From an uncultured bacterium (GTDB lineage: Bacteria > Chloroflexota > UBA5177 > JANWHV01), in the NCBI GenBank assembly GCA_963827235.1, contig CAWHAE010000009.1, forward strand, positions 512,001 to 576,000: a DNA stretch of 64,000 nt, given 5' to 3'. The position numbers and the translations under genes were made by a program. Every line of letters starts with the position of its first letter. Positions within the stretch are counted from its first letter, which is position 1. This document shows, piece after piece, positions 25,160 to 35,143 of this stretch. The notes under the pieces were generated by a model. It was not told the DNA's origin. It searched no databases and worked only from the letters and a program-made list of their open reading frames with translations.

Positions 25160-26203
25160 GTGACCACGCTTTGGTTCATCCTGGTGGCGTTCATGCTTGC
25201 CGTCTACGTCGTGCTGGACGGCTTCGATCTCGGCGCCGGCGCGCTGCACCTCGTCATTGCCCGCGACGACGGCGAGCGACGAACGGTTCTGCGCACGATC
25301 GGCCCGGTATGGGACGGCAACGAAGTCTGGCTGATTGCCGCCGGCGGCACGCTGTTCTTCGCCTTCCCCATGCTCTACGCCTCGTCGTTCAGCGGCTTCT
25401 ACTTGCCGCTGATCGTCGTGCTGTGGCTGCTGATGGGCCGCGGTGTGGCGATCGAGCTGCGATCCCGGATCGACAACCCGATCTGGGCATCGCTCTGGGA
25501 TGGCATCTTCTCGGTTTCCAGTATCCTGCTGGCCATCTTCTACGGCGCCGCCCTGGCCAACGTGGTGCGCGGTGTTCCGTTCAGCGGGCACGGATACTTC
25601 TTCGAGCCGCTGTGGACGAACTTCGATCCCAAGAACAGCACGCCGGGCATTCTCGATTGGTACACCATGCTGATCGGGCTGCTGGCCCTGGCCGCGCTGG
25701 CGATGCACGGCGCAACTTACGTGGCGATGAAGACCGTCGATCCGGTGCGACAGGCTGCCCGGCGCGTGATTCCGCAATTCTGGCTGGCCACGGCCGTGCT
25801 GACCGTGCTCGGCACCATCGCCACCTTCTGGCTGCGATCTAGCATGGGTGGCCGTTTCGGCGACCAGCCCTGGGGCGTCGTATTTCCCCTGCTCGCCGTC
25901 TGCGGACTGATTGGCGTGCCCTATTTCACGCGCGGCGGACGCGAGGTAGCGGCGTTCCTGGCGTCGGGCGCCTATTTGGCCGGCATGCTGGCGGCCACGG
26001 CATTCGCGCTCTATCCCGACGTGCTGCCCGGCGTGGTGAAAGCAGACAGCCTGACCATCTACAACGCCTCGGCATCCGACTATGGGCTTAAGGTCGGACT
26101 GATCTGGTGGCTGATCGGCATCGGTCTGGCCCTCGTGTACGTCGTGGTGGCCTACCGGCTGTTTCGCGGCAAGGTCAGCGCGGCGACGGCGAGATCGCAC
26201 TGA
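25160..26203 (+). CDS. cydB: Cytochrome bd ubiquinol oxidase subunit II
   Basis: LDGFDLGAG, IGPVWDGNEVWLI motifs. Confidence 0.95.
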   Translation: MTTLWFILVAFMLAVYVVLDGFDLGAGALHLVIARDDGERRTVLRTIGPVWDGNEVWLIAAGGTLFFAFPMLYASSFSGFYLPLIVVLWLLMGRGVAIELRSRIDNPIWASLWDGIFSVSSILLAIFYGAALANVVRGVPFSGHGYFFEPLWTNFDPKNSTPGILDWYTMLIGLLALAALAMHGATYVAMKTVDPVRQAARRVIPQFWLATAVLTVLGTIATFWLRSSMGGRFGDQPWGVVFPLLAVCGLIGVPYFTRGGREVAAFLASGAYLAGMLAATAFALYPDVLPGVVKADSLTIYNASASDYGLKVGLIWWLIGIGLALVYVVVAYRLFRGKVSAATARSH

Positions 26204-26353
26204 GGCACGGCGTCGTTGCTCGTGGGACGGCGCCCCACCTCGAAGATCGCCTCCGCACTGCTCCGGGGCAGGCGCGGTCTCACGTACGATCACGTCGGCC
26301 GGCTGGCACGCTTCTTCCATGTCTCGCCCACGGTGTTCTACCACGGGGTATGA
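26204..26353 (+). pseudogene. Relic of a HigA-type antitoxin HTH C-terminus
   Basis: Manual translation ...PTSKIASALLRGRRGLTYDHVGRLARFFHVSPTVFY versus HigA SIVSEVLSGKR.LT..HI..L...FHVSP.VF. Confidence 0.55.
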
Positions 26354-26510
26354 CGGGATCGGCCGCATAACACCTGGGCCAGGCATCGATCGGCCAGCGG
26401 GGCCGGGCTAGCGCGATCACGGCGATGGGTATGAGCATGCAGGGTACGGTAGGGCCGGCCGGCGCCGGACCGACGTGTAGCATGGCGTGCTGCTCCGCTT
26501 CATCTGCGCC

Positions 26511-27929
26511 TCACGCGGCAGTGCGCAGGCGGCGCAGCGGCCGCGGAACAGGTAGTGCCGGATAGAGTGTGAGCAGCAGATTGGCGGCGACCACTAGAAT
26601 GGTCGCCAGCTCGATGCCGGAGACGAACGGCACGTAGGTGACCTGGATGTTCAGCAGGTACGGCAAGTAGCACAGCAGGGACGCGCCCTCCACGGCAATC
26701 GCTACGAAGAACAAGCGCGGGAACCGGCAGGCGAAGCTGATGGACAACACGTCCGCCAGGTAGAAGTAGCGCTCGTGCATCTCCGGCAACAGGAATGGGA
26801 TGACCAGGGCGGTGAGCAGCGCGAATCGCAGCAGCATGTCCGGAGTTAGTCGCTGGCGCCGTAGAACGGCGAGCGCGGCCAGGGCAAGAACTGCGAGCGC
26901 GGCGAGCAGGATACCTATCCACTTCCATCTGCCGGAGGCTCCAGCCGGCAGCCACTGATAGAACGTGGCTGCCCCGTAGACGAGTGATGCGCTCCCGCCG
27001 CCGCCAGGCCCGCCGCCGAAGTGGGGCCCGCCCGGCTGCGGACCCGCACTCTGGGATGCGCTGCCGTTCCCCCTGCCGGATGGTTGCCCTTGCGGCGCGC
27101 TGCCGCTCGGCCCGAATCCCCCTGCTGCTCCGGGCTGGCCCGGCGATGCTTGGCCGCCACGGCCGGCCGCTTGTTGTGGACCGGGGCCGAGCCCACCGCC
27201 GCCCGGCCCTGCGCCCGGCCCCATGCCGCCGGTCTGCGCTTGACTGACATACACGTTGGCCAGGCTACCTATGTCGCGGCCAGCCAGGAGAGCAGGCGTG
27301 AGCATCAGCAGGAAGACAGCGGGCACGAGGATCAGGGTGCGCACCGGAAACATGCGCCGGAGAAACGGCAGCGCCAGGACGGGGAGGAAGAAGATGGCTT
27401 GCAGCTTGAACGATATGGCCACGCCGTACAAGACGCATGCCCATGCCGGACGGTCGCTGACCAGGAAATACAGGCTGCCAAGGCAGAACGCCGTATAGAT
27501 GCCGTCGGACTGCCCCCACGCCGCGCTGTTGAGGATGATCGTCGGCGCGAACAGGATGAGGAGAGCTCCAACCACGGGCACCAATCGCGTCCCCACAAGC
27601 CGCCTGAGCAGCAGATAGGTGAACAGGCTGAGCACACCGTCGAACAGCACGGAGATGGACTTGATGGCCACGATCCGGGCTATCGGCATGTAGGTAGATA
27701 CCGCGATGAGATACAGATAGGGCGGGTTGTAGTTCGAGAACGCGTACTTGAATGCCGCGAAGCCGCCGTGGCCGGCGATGAAGTCGTACCACTGGCTGAG
27801 AAAGAAGGTGTAGTCGCTGGTCACGGCGGGATAGAGCGCGATCCGGATCCCCATCGCCACCGCGACGAGCACGGCGACGATCGGCACTCTCCACCCGCAC
27901 CTGCGGGCGAACGGTATTCTCATCGCCAT
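26511..27929 (-). CDS. Integral-membrane GT-C family glycosyltransferase (mannosyltransferase-like) with Gly/Gln-rich insertion
   Basis: SDYTFFL, NYNPPYLY, NSAAWGQSDGIY, KLQAIFF, PEMHERYFY motifs; many TM helices. Confidence 0.8.
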   Translation of the reverse strand: MAMRIPFARRCGWRVPIVAVLVAVAMGIRIALYPAVTSDYTFFLSQWYDFIAGHGGFAAFKYAFSNYNPPYLYLIAVSTYMPIARIVAIKSISVLFDGVLSLFTYLLLRRLVGTRLVPVVGALLILFAPTIILNSAAWGQSDGIYTAFCLGSLYFLVSDRPAWACVLYGVAISFKLQAIFFLPVLALPFLRRMFPVRTLILVPAVFLLMLTPALLAGRDIGSLANVYVSQAQTGGMGPGAGPGGGGLGPGPQQAAGRGGQASPGQPGAAGGFGPSGSAPQGQPSGRGNGSASQSAGPQPGGPHFGGGPGGGGSASLVYGAATFYQWLPAGASGRWKWIGILLAALAVLALAALAVLRRQRLTPDMLLRFALLTALVIPFLLPEMHERYFYLADVLSISFACRFPRLFFVAIAVEGASLLCYLPYLLNIQVTYVPFVSGIELATILVVAANLLLTLYPALPVPRPLRRLRTAA

Positions 27930-28234
27930 CTTCAGTTGCCCATATCCCTCGGCGGCGCATATCTGCTGCTCCGGCGGCGATGCTAGACGACGCCCGGCGC
28001 GGACGACCGCATCTCTTCTGCTTCGGCCCTGTTCCCGTCCAGCTGCCAGTATCGGGCGCACAGATGAGAGCGGCGTAAGCACAAGATGAGAGCACGCCAA
28101 GAGAATCATGAGTGTTTGCTAAGAACGCAGAGCGCGTGAATGCCCTCAGGGCGTATGTCGCTCCGCGCAGGGCGACTGGAATCCGGTGGGCACCTGCGTG
28201 CAGCACGTGCCCACCGGAAGCGTGTCGCAGGCCG

Positions 28235-29020
28235 CTAGGCGGAGAGCGTCTCCCCGGTTTCCAGCAGCGTCTTGAGGTCCGAGAGGACCCTCGGCCAGCC
28301 GCCGCCGACACTCTCCAGCACGGGGCTCTCGGGCTCGAAGTCGTCGTGGACCACCGTCAGCTTGACCATTTGCCCGAGCGGCTCGATGTCGAAGGTGACC
28401 TTCGACCGCCGCTCAGTAGAGACTTTTGCCAGGAATTCCGGGCTGAAGCCGTGGAGCGCGGCCCACTCAGGCGTAAAGGTGTGCCAGGTGTATGCCAGGC
28501 GGCGATAGGGATCCGACTCCAGAATGACCTGTGCCGGATCGGAGATGGTTACAGCGCCCTGCTCCAGCGTGAACGTCGAGCCCGGTTTCCAGTCCGAGAG
28601 GAACGCCACACCCCAATACCGCCGGGTGAACGCGGGCTCGGTCAGCGCCTGCCAGAGCTGCTCGGGTGTGGTCTTGATATACGTCGTGTAGACAAACTCG
28701 GGCTTGGACATCCGTGTCCCCTCCAGTGCTCGCTTCAGGTCGGCCAGGGCATGGACCCGCGCCTGGTGGTAACGGTCAATCCACCGGTCGGAGATTTCGT
28801 TGATCGGCGCCGCGTTGAGGTAGTGCAGCTTTTCCCTGCCCCTGCGCACCGTCGCGACGAGACCGGCTGCCTCCAGCACCGCGAGATGCTTACTCACGGA
28901 CTGCCGAGCCATCTCCAGCCCCTCGCACAGCTCGCGCAGGCTCTGGCCGCCCCTGGCGTTCAAGCTGTCCAGCAACCGGCGGCGGCTCGGGTCGGCCAGG
29001 GCCTTGAATACCTCATCCAT
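28235..29020 (-). CDS. ArsR/SmtB HTH fused to SRPBCC (AHSA1) domain
   Basis: VFKALADPSRRRLLD...SKHLAVLEAAGLV, then FVYTTYIKTTPEQLWQALT...GWPRVLSDLKTLLETG. Confidence 0.92.
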   Translation of the reverse strand: MDEVFKALADPSRRRLLDSLNARGGQSLRELCEGLEMARQSVSKHLAVLEAAGLVATVRRGREKLHYLNAAPINEISDRWIDRYHQARVHALADLKRALEGTRMSKPEFVYTTYIKTTPEQLWQALTEPAFTRRYWGVAFLSDWKPGSTFTLEQGAVTISDPAQVILESDPYRRLAYTWHTFTPEWAALHGFSPEFLAKVSTERRSKVTFDIEPLGQMVKLTVVHDDFEPESPVLESVGGGWPRVLSDLKTLLETGETLSA

Positions 29021-29054
29021 GGCATGCCGTCCTCGTTATACGGCGCGCCGTGTC

Positions 29055-29501
29055 TCAGCCCCAGCTGCTGATCTGCAGCTCGCCGGGATAAGGTGTCGCC
29101 CGGCCGCCCTCGAGCGACGCCTTCAATCCGAGCAGAAAGAGTGCCCACTTGGTACTGCAATGGGCCTGCATCTCGGTCGGCTCGCGCCAGCCCGCATGGT
29201 CGAACAGCAACACGGTCTCATTCTCGGACGATGCGAGCTCAAAGGCGATCGTCGTGCCGACCCAGTCATCCGGACCGACTACGCAGCGCCAGGCGACGCG
29301 ATCGGCCGGAGCTGCCTCGGTGACCTCCATGACGACGGCCGGCTCGGGCCCGCCGAAAAAGAAGCTCAGCCTGCCGCCTACGGCCGGGTCGCCGTCGAGC
29401 TGGCGTGTCCACCATTGGGAAAGACCGTCCAGGGTCGTCAGTGTTTCGTATACCCGCCCTTGCGGCGCGGCAATGCCCACCCGATGCCTGATCTCGGCCA
29501 C
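29055..29501 (-). CDS. SRPBCC (AHSA1/START) domain protein
   Basis: IRHRVGIAAP, GLSQWWT, FDHAGW, CSTKWALFLLGLKASLEGG. Confidence 0.9.
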   Translation of the reverse strand: MAEIRHRVGIAAPQGRVYETLTTLDGLSQWWTRQLDGDPAVGGRLSFFFGGPEPAVVMEVTEAAPADRVAWRCVVGPDDWVGTTIAFELASSENETVLLFDHAGWREPTEMQAHCSTKWALFLLGLKASLEGGRATPYPGELQISSWG

Positions 29502-29528
29502 GTCTCACTCCGTTCGCCCACTACACAT

Positions 29529-29580
29529 GCAGCCGAATGGCTGCCTTTTTAGTATAGGTAGCCGAATGGCTGCATGTCAA
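29529..29580 (-). promoter_or_regulatory. Sigma70 promoter (TTGACA-18-TATACT) overlapped by two palindromic ArsR-type operators
   Basis: -35 at 29575-80, -10 at 29551-56; GCAGCCGAATGGCTGC at 29529-44 and GTAGCCGAATGGCTGC at 29558-73. Confidence 0.8.
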
Positions 29581-29712
29581 GACGATCTCTTCGCTGGCGG
29601 CGATCGTGAACGCGACGCGCGGGCGGTGCCGGCGGCACGATCCGTCGTTCTGTCGAGGACGGGGCCGTACCGGGGTTATCGAGAGCTCACGCTATCCGGC
29701 GAGCAAGCCGCT

Positions 29713-29964
29713 TCAGGCAGCGTGGCGCTCGCGGGTGGCGACGCCTGTCGCGTGCGCGTGCCCGGTCTCGGCGCGCCGTCTGAAGGCACTGCGCACGCGA
29801 TCCAGGCCGTAGCTGAAGAGGCCGGGCTGATTCCGGCAGCCTTCCACGACTTCGCGGTACTCCTCGTAGGAGCTTTCGCCGCGCTGGTAGTCTTTGCGGG
29901 CCATGTAGAGCATGAAAGCGCGATCCTCGGCGGTGAGCCGGGCCGGCTTCTGTGTTGCGTTCAT
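29713..29964 (-). CDS. Small hypothetical protein (83 aa)
   Basis: ATG with GGAG RBS; protein-like composition; no family recognised. Confidence 0.45.
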   Translation of the reverse strand: MNATQKPARLTAEDRAFMLYMARKDYQRGESSYEEYREVVEGCRNQPGLFSYGLDRVRSAFRRRAETGHAHATGVATRERHAA

Positions 29965-30442
29965 GTGATACTCCGACGTGGTTGGTCCAGGCCGGTGCGG
30001 CCATGCAGCGCGCGGCCGGCATCCGGCATGAACAGAGCTAGCCGGCCCCGGTGGAGGGACGGCGTCTCAGATGGGGACGGGGACCAACCAGCCGAAGCGG
30101 GCGCCGGCAGACCATACGGCGTGCCGGGCATAGGCAGATTACAGGGCGTCGGCGGTGACGGGACTCGCGTAGCAGCCTGCCATGGACCGCGGCGCCCTGG
30201 AAGGAGCGGCGTCTCGTGCGCCGTTGCACGTCTACGCCCCTACTGATGTCATCGTAGCAGTAGAGAGACGTGGTATCGCAGAGGCGAAGGTCGGCCATGG
30301 CACAGTCCTTGTGACGCCCATGCGGCAGGGCTTTCTCCCTGCCGGGCGCGCCATTCGGCATGTCCGGCAGCGAGGCCTGCCGCCTCATAGGCGCAGCAGG
30401 ACGACGCTGGTAGCGCGAGCAGCCGGACATTGCCGGCGTTCT

Positions 30443-31255
30443 TCAGCAAGCCGCTGAGCGGCCGGCTGTCTTGACCGCCTCTATATAGAAGTAGTGTCCG
30501 CGCACGTGCAGGCCGCCGTGCAGCACGATCTGCTCGTGCAACAGAATCAGGCGATCGCGATAGGTGTCCAGGCTGTAGTCGGGCACTGCCCACGGGATGG
30601 CCTTGAGGTAATAGGCAACCGCGCCGACATCCATGAACACGGTCTCCGGGTACTCTTCTCTCTGCTCAGCTACAAGAAAGCCGGCGTGCTCCAGCTGCCG
30701 GACCGCGAAGGCGCAATCCCAGGCGGTCGTGTGCCGGGGCGCGCCAAGCGCGTCGGCGAGCGTCTCCAGATGCCTGCCGCCCACTTGCTGGGTGACGAAT
30801 CGGCCGCCGGCGCCCAACACACGCAGTACCTCGCGCGGCACGTAGCTTTCGTGCCGGTTGATCACCAGCGAGAAGCTCGCAATGGGAAAGGGCAGCACGC
30901 CGCTCTCGCACTTCGGTGTGAGGTCGAGGTTGTCGGGCGCGCCCGCGACATGCACGACCTCCACGCCCAGCGGTGCCAGGCGTGCCCGCGCGATGGGCAC
31001 GTTGGGTGCATAGGCTTCCGTGGCGGCCGTCCGCACCGGCAGCGGCGCCAGCGAGGCGAGCATCTCGCCGCCGCCCGTGCCCATGTCGAGCAGCGTGGCT
31101 GTCGACGAGAGCCGTTGCCGCACGTGAGCCGGATAGTCCCAGGTCGGCTGTTCTTCCAGCATCCGCCCCTGAAGATAGGAAAAGTCCCAGCCCGAGAACG
31201 GCTGCCGGATCGCCGCCTCGACGAGTGCGTCGCACGTACGTTCATAATCTGCCAT
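30443..31255 (-). CDS. Class I SAM-dependent methyltransferase
   Basis: FSGWDFSYL, LLDMGTGGGE, INRHESY, FVTQQVG. Confidence 0.88.
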   Translation of the reverse strand: MADYERTCDALVEAAIRQPFSGWDFSYLQGRMLEEQPTWDYPAHVRQRLSSTATLLDMGTGGGEMLASLAPLPVRTAATEAYAPNVPIARARLAPLGVEVVHVAGAPDNLDLTPKCESGVLPFPIASFSLVINRHESYVPREVLRVLGAGGRFVTQQVGGRHLETLADALGAPRHTTAWDCAFAVRQLEHAGFLVAEQREEYPETVFMDVGAVAYYLKAIPWAVPDYSLDTYRDRLILLHEQIVLHGGLHVRGHYFYIEAVKTAGRSAAC

Positions 31256-31549
31256 GCGGCTATGGTACTCCGCGCGTACAACGCGTTGCGGCGGGACACG
31301 TGCCCGTCCGCCACTTGCCCCGCCGACAGAGCACGATCCGGCCGTTATTGTTAACATTACGATACTCAGGACGGGGCTCTTGCCGGAACACACCAGGCGG
31401 GTGGCCCGTGTCTGCCGTGCGTGGTCTTGGTGGAAAGGAATTCCAGGGCGAGCGACTGGACTGTACTCTCCGGACAGGTGCGTCAGCGCGAGATGGCCGG
31501 CGGCCTGCTACGACCCGGGGAGTGTGTCCGTTCGGTAGAGAGGGAGCTT

Positions 31550-33718
31550 ATGAGTACCGAGGTGACGGCCGGGAGTAGTGAGATGGGCGTGGCAGCCCAC
31601 CCTGAGGTCGTGCCGGCGCCCGACGTGGCCGCTCCGCATACAGGAGAGGAAGCTCCACTCTTCATCAACCGGGAGTTGAGCTGGCTCGACTTCAATCGGC
31701 GCGTCCTGGAAGACGCCGCGGATCCCCGGCATCCGCTGCTGGAACGGGTCAAGTTCCTCTCCATCTTCAATTCGAACCTGGACGAGTTCTTCATGATCCG
31801 GGTTTCCGGTCTCAAGGAGCAGGTCCAGGCCGGGTTGAGCGAAGAGGGGCCGGATGGCCTGACCGTCACCGAGCAGCTCCGAGAGATTCGCAAGGTAATC
31901 GTGCGGGATGTTGCCGAACAGCGTCGCCTGCTGACCTCCGAGCTGCTGCCGCGACTGGCCGAGCAGGGCATCCGCGTGGTCGAGTATTGGGATTTGCCCG
32001 AGCGGGATCGCGAGACGCTGAAGGAGTATTTCGAGCGCGAGGTATTCCCGGTGCTGACGCCGCTGGCCTTCGACCCGGGGCACCCGTTTCCGCACATCTC
32101 GAACCTCAGCCTGAACCTGGCCGTCACGGTGACCAACCCCGAGGAAGGCGAGCGTTTCGCGCGCGTGAAGATGCCCGACGTGCTGCCGCGGCTGGTGCCG
32201 GTCCAGTCGCCGGGATCGGACAGCCTGCTGGTGGGAACGCCCAGGCAGCCGCAGAGCTTCGTCTGGCTGGAGCAGTTGATTGCCGCCAACCTGCAGAAGC
32301 TGTTCCCGGGCCTCGAGGTAACGGAATCCTTTGCCTTCAGGGTGATCCGCGACGCCGACATCGAGATTCAGGAGGACGAGGCCGCGGACCTGTCGCGTAC
32401 CATCGAGGCGAGCCTGCTCGAGCGGCGATTCGGCTCCGTAGTGCAGCTCACGGTCGACAGCAGGATGCCGCAGCGCCTGCGCAGCCTGCTGATGAGCAAT
32501 CTGCAGATTGGCCCGGACGACGTCTATGCCGAAGAGTGCCCGCTGGGCCTCGTCGACCTGCGCCAGCTTCTGAAGATGGACCGGCCCGACCTCAAGGACG
32601 CACCGTTCGCGCCGCGTGTGCCGGTCACCCTGCGTACCTCCGGCGAAGACTTCTTTGCCGTGCTGCGCGGCCAGGACGTGTTTCTGCATCACCCCTACGA
32701 TTCCTTCACGCCGGTCATCGACTTCCTGCAGGCCGCGGCCCACGATCCCCAGGTGCTGGCGATCAAGCAAACCCTCTACCGCGTGGGAAGCCATGCGCCG
32801 GTCGTCGCCGCCTTGATGGAGGCGGCGACGGAGGGCAAGCAGGTGGCCGTGCTTGTCGAGCTCAAGGCGCGCTGGGACGAGGAGAATAACCTCGAGTGGG
32901 CGAGAGCGCTGGAGAAGGCGGGCGTGCACGTCGCCTACGGCATGCTGGGACTGAAGACACACGCCAAGATCGCCCTGGTGGTGCGCAAGGAGCCGGGTGG
33001 TATCCGGCGCTACGTGCACCTGGGAACCGGCAACTACAACGCCACCACGGCGCGTATCTACACGGACATGGGGCTGATGACCGCTCGACCGGAGATCGGG
33101 GCCGATGCCACGGAGCTGTTCAACTACCTGACCGGCTACTCGGTGCAATCGCGATTTCGCAAGCTGCTCGTGGGGCCGGTGAGCCTGCGGGCCAGTCTCC
33201 TCGAGCGCATCGAGCGCGAGATCGAAAGCCATGCCAGGACGGGAAACGGCCACTTGATCTTCAAGATGAACTCGCTGGTAGATCGCGCCATGATCAAGGC
33301 GATATACCGCGCCGCGCAGGCCGGGGTGCGCGTCGACCTGCTCATCCGCGGCGTGTGTTGCCTGCGTCCCGGTATTCCGGGCGTCAGCGCGGGCGTGCAC
33401 GTCACCAGTGTCGTGGGCAGATATCTCGAGCATAGTCGGGTCTACTACTTCCACAACGGCGGCAACGAAGAGATCTACCTGGGCAGTGCCGACCTTATGC
33501 CGCGCAACCTGGACCGCCGCGTTGAGGTGCTGTTCCCGATTGACGACCCCAGTCTGCGCGCCTATCTGCGCAACGACGTGCTCGAGGCATGCATGCGTGA
33601 TACGGTCAACGCCCGCGAATTGCGCGCCGACGGCACCTACATACGCGTGCGACCCGTTCCCGGCGAGCAACCGTTCGATAGCCAGGCTTACTTTATGCAG
33701 CAGGCGCGCACGCAGTAG
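31550..33718 (+). CDS. ppk1: Polyphosphate kinase 1
   Basis: FINRELSWLDFNRRVL, NLDEFFMIRV, HHPYDSF, HLGTGNYN, YLEHSR, SADLMPRNLDRRVE. Confidence 0.97.
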   Translation: MSTEVTAGSSEMGVAAHPEVVPAPDVAAPHTGEEAPLFINRELSWLDFNRRVLEDAADPRHPLLERVKFLSIFNSNLDEFFMIRVSGLKEQVQAGLSEEGPDGLTVTEQLREIRKVIVRDVAEQRRLLTSELLPRLAEQGIRVVEYWDLPERDRETLKEYFEREVFPVLTPLAFDPGHPFPHISNLSLNLAVTVTNPEEGERFARVKMPDVLPRLVPVQSPGSDSLLVGTPRQPQSFVWLEQLIAANLQKLFPGLEVTESFAFRVIRDADIEIQEDEAADLSRTIEASLLERRFGSVVQLTVDSRMPQRLRSLLMSNLQIGPDDVYAEECPLGLVDLRQLLKMDRPDLKDAPFAPRVPVTLRTSGEDFFAVLRGQDVFLHHPYDSFTPVIDFLQAAAHDPQVLAIKQTLYRVGSHAPVVAALMEAATEGKQVAVLVELKARWDEENNLEWARALEKAGVHVAYGMLGLKTHAKIALVVRKEPGGIRRYVHLGTGNYNATTARIYTDMGLMTARPEIGADATELFNYLTGYSVQSRFRKLLVGPVSLRASLLERIEREIESHARTGNGHLIFKMNSLVDRAMIKAIYRAAQAGVRVDLLIRGVCCLRPGIPGVSAGVHVTSVVGRYLEHSRVYYFHNGGNEEIYLGSADLMPRNLDRRVEVLFPIDDPSLRAYLRNDVLEACMRDTVNARELRADGTYIRVRPVPGEQPFDSQAYFMQQARTQ

Positions 33719-33730
33719 GCCGGCACCGAA

Positions 33731-34846
33731 TCACGCGTGCACGAAGAAGGCGGCAGCCAGGATGGCGTAGACCGCCAGCAGCTGCGCCCCTTCCAGCCAG
33801 GTGCTCTCGCCATCGGCGATCAGCAGGTTTGCCAGGCTCACGGCGATGATCACGGCGGCGACTTCGAAGGTGTCGAAGAGCAGATCCAGCGGATGCCCGA
33901 TCAGGGAGCCGGTGATCACCAGCGCGGGCGCTACGAAGAGCGCGATCTGGGTCGCGCTGCCGAGCGCGATGGACAGCGCGAGATCCATTTGATCGTGAAT
34001 GGCTGCCGTCACCGCGCTAGTGTGTTCGGCCGCATTGCCGAGTAGCGCGATCAGAATCACGCCGACGAACATCTGGGTCCAGCCCAGATGCCCGGTCACG
34101 CCTTTGACGCCGTCGACCAGCAGCTCGGAGAGCACGGCCACGATCACCGTCGAGACGAGCAAAACGATCACGGCCCTGCGCATATTGACGCCGCCCTCTT
34201 GCAGCACCGACGATTGCTCTTCGGTATAGAGGTGCGCGTGCGTGCGCAGGGTGAAGAAGAGGCCCGCGGCATAGGCGGCAAGGAGCACAAAGGCGGTCAT
34301 CATGCTCAGATGGCTCAACGTGATATTGGAGACCGGCGACGTAGCCGCCAGCACCGCGGGAACGAGCAGGGCGCCGCCCGCCAGCGTCAACTGCGCCCCG
34401 GCGGCACTGGCAGCGGTGCGGTTGAAGTACTGCCGCTCACGCCTCCAGCCTCCGACCAGAAACGACAGGCCCAGCACGGCCAGGATGTTGCCCAGAATAG
34501 AGCCGACCAGGGACGCCTTGACCACTTCGTAGAGGCCGGCCTGAAGCGCGAAGATGCCGATGATCAGCTCCGTGGCATTGCCGAACGTCGCGTTCAGCAG
34601 TCCGCCGGCGGCAGGGCCGATACGGCTCGCCAATTCCTCTGTAGACAGGCCGATGTAGCGTGCCAGCGGCACGATGGCGAAGCCGCTGGTGAAGAACAGC
34701 AGGGCCGGGCTCCAGTGCAGGATCTCGGCCAGGATCGCCAGCGGCGCGCCGATCAGCAACACGTCGAGGGGGTGGAATGGCCACCGTCGTGCCGGTGGGG
34801 AAGGCGATGCTGCGGGAGGAGAGCTCCCTTGCTCCGGAGGCGCCAC
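33731..34846 (-). CDS. cax: Ca2+/H+ antiporter (CAX/ChaA); start approximate
   Basis: LLNATFGNATELI, GSILGN, GNAAEH, GSATQIALFVAP, TWLEGAQLL. Confidence 0.92.
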   Translation of the reverse strand: MAPPEQGSSPPAASPSPPARRWPFHPLDVLLIGAPLAILAEILHWSPALLFFTSGFAIVPLARYIGLSTEELASRIGPAAGGLLNATFGNATELIIGIFALQAGLYEVVKASLVGSILGNILAVLGLSFLVGGWRRERQYFNRTAASAAGAQLTLAGGALLVPAVLAATSPVSNITLSHLSMMTAFVLLAAYAAGLFFTLRTHAHLYTEEQSSVLQEGGVNMRRAVIVLLVSTVIVAVLSELLVDGVKGVTGHLGWTQMFVGVILIALLGNAAEHTSAVTAAIHDQMDLALSIALGSATQIALFVAPALVITGSLIGHPLDLLFDTFEVAAVIIAVSLANLLIADGESTWLEGAQLLAVYAILAAAFFVHA

Positions 34847-35143
34847 GTCCAAGCCGGCAATCCCTTCCCGGGCAGCGCATGCTGTGCCGAACACAGTCCG
34901 AAGGGAACTCTCTGCCTTGCTGCCCGGATCTAACTATAGGGGATCTGCCGCGATCCGGCCCATGCGCGCGGGCCGCGCTGCACACCATTCCGCGGCCGTG
35001 GGCCACGGCCCGCCAGGGTGCCGGGCGTTCTCACTGAAGCACGCGGTGCTATACTCTGTCGCGAAGAAGAGCCGGCAAGGCGGTCTTCCCGGCGGGAGAA
35101 CTCGATCGGGAAGTGAGCGGAAGGACGTGGGCGGAACCAGGGC

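Noticed and set aside
31508-33670. Long antisense ORFs (e.g. 720 aa opposite ppk1, and similar ones opposite rho, cheA, purB)
   Set aside because: Shadow frames expected from high GC3; no motifs
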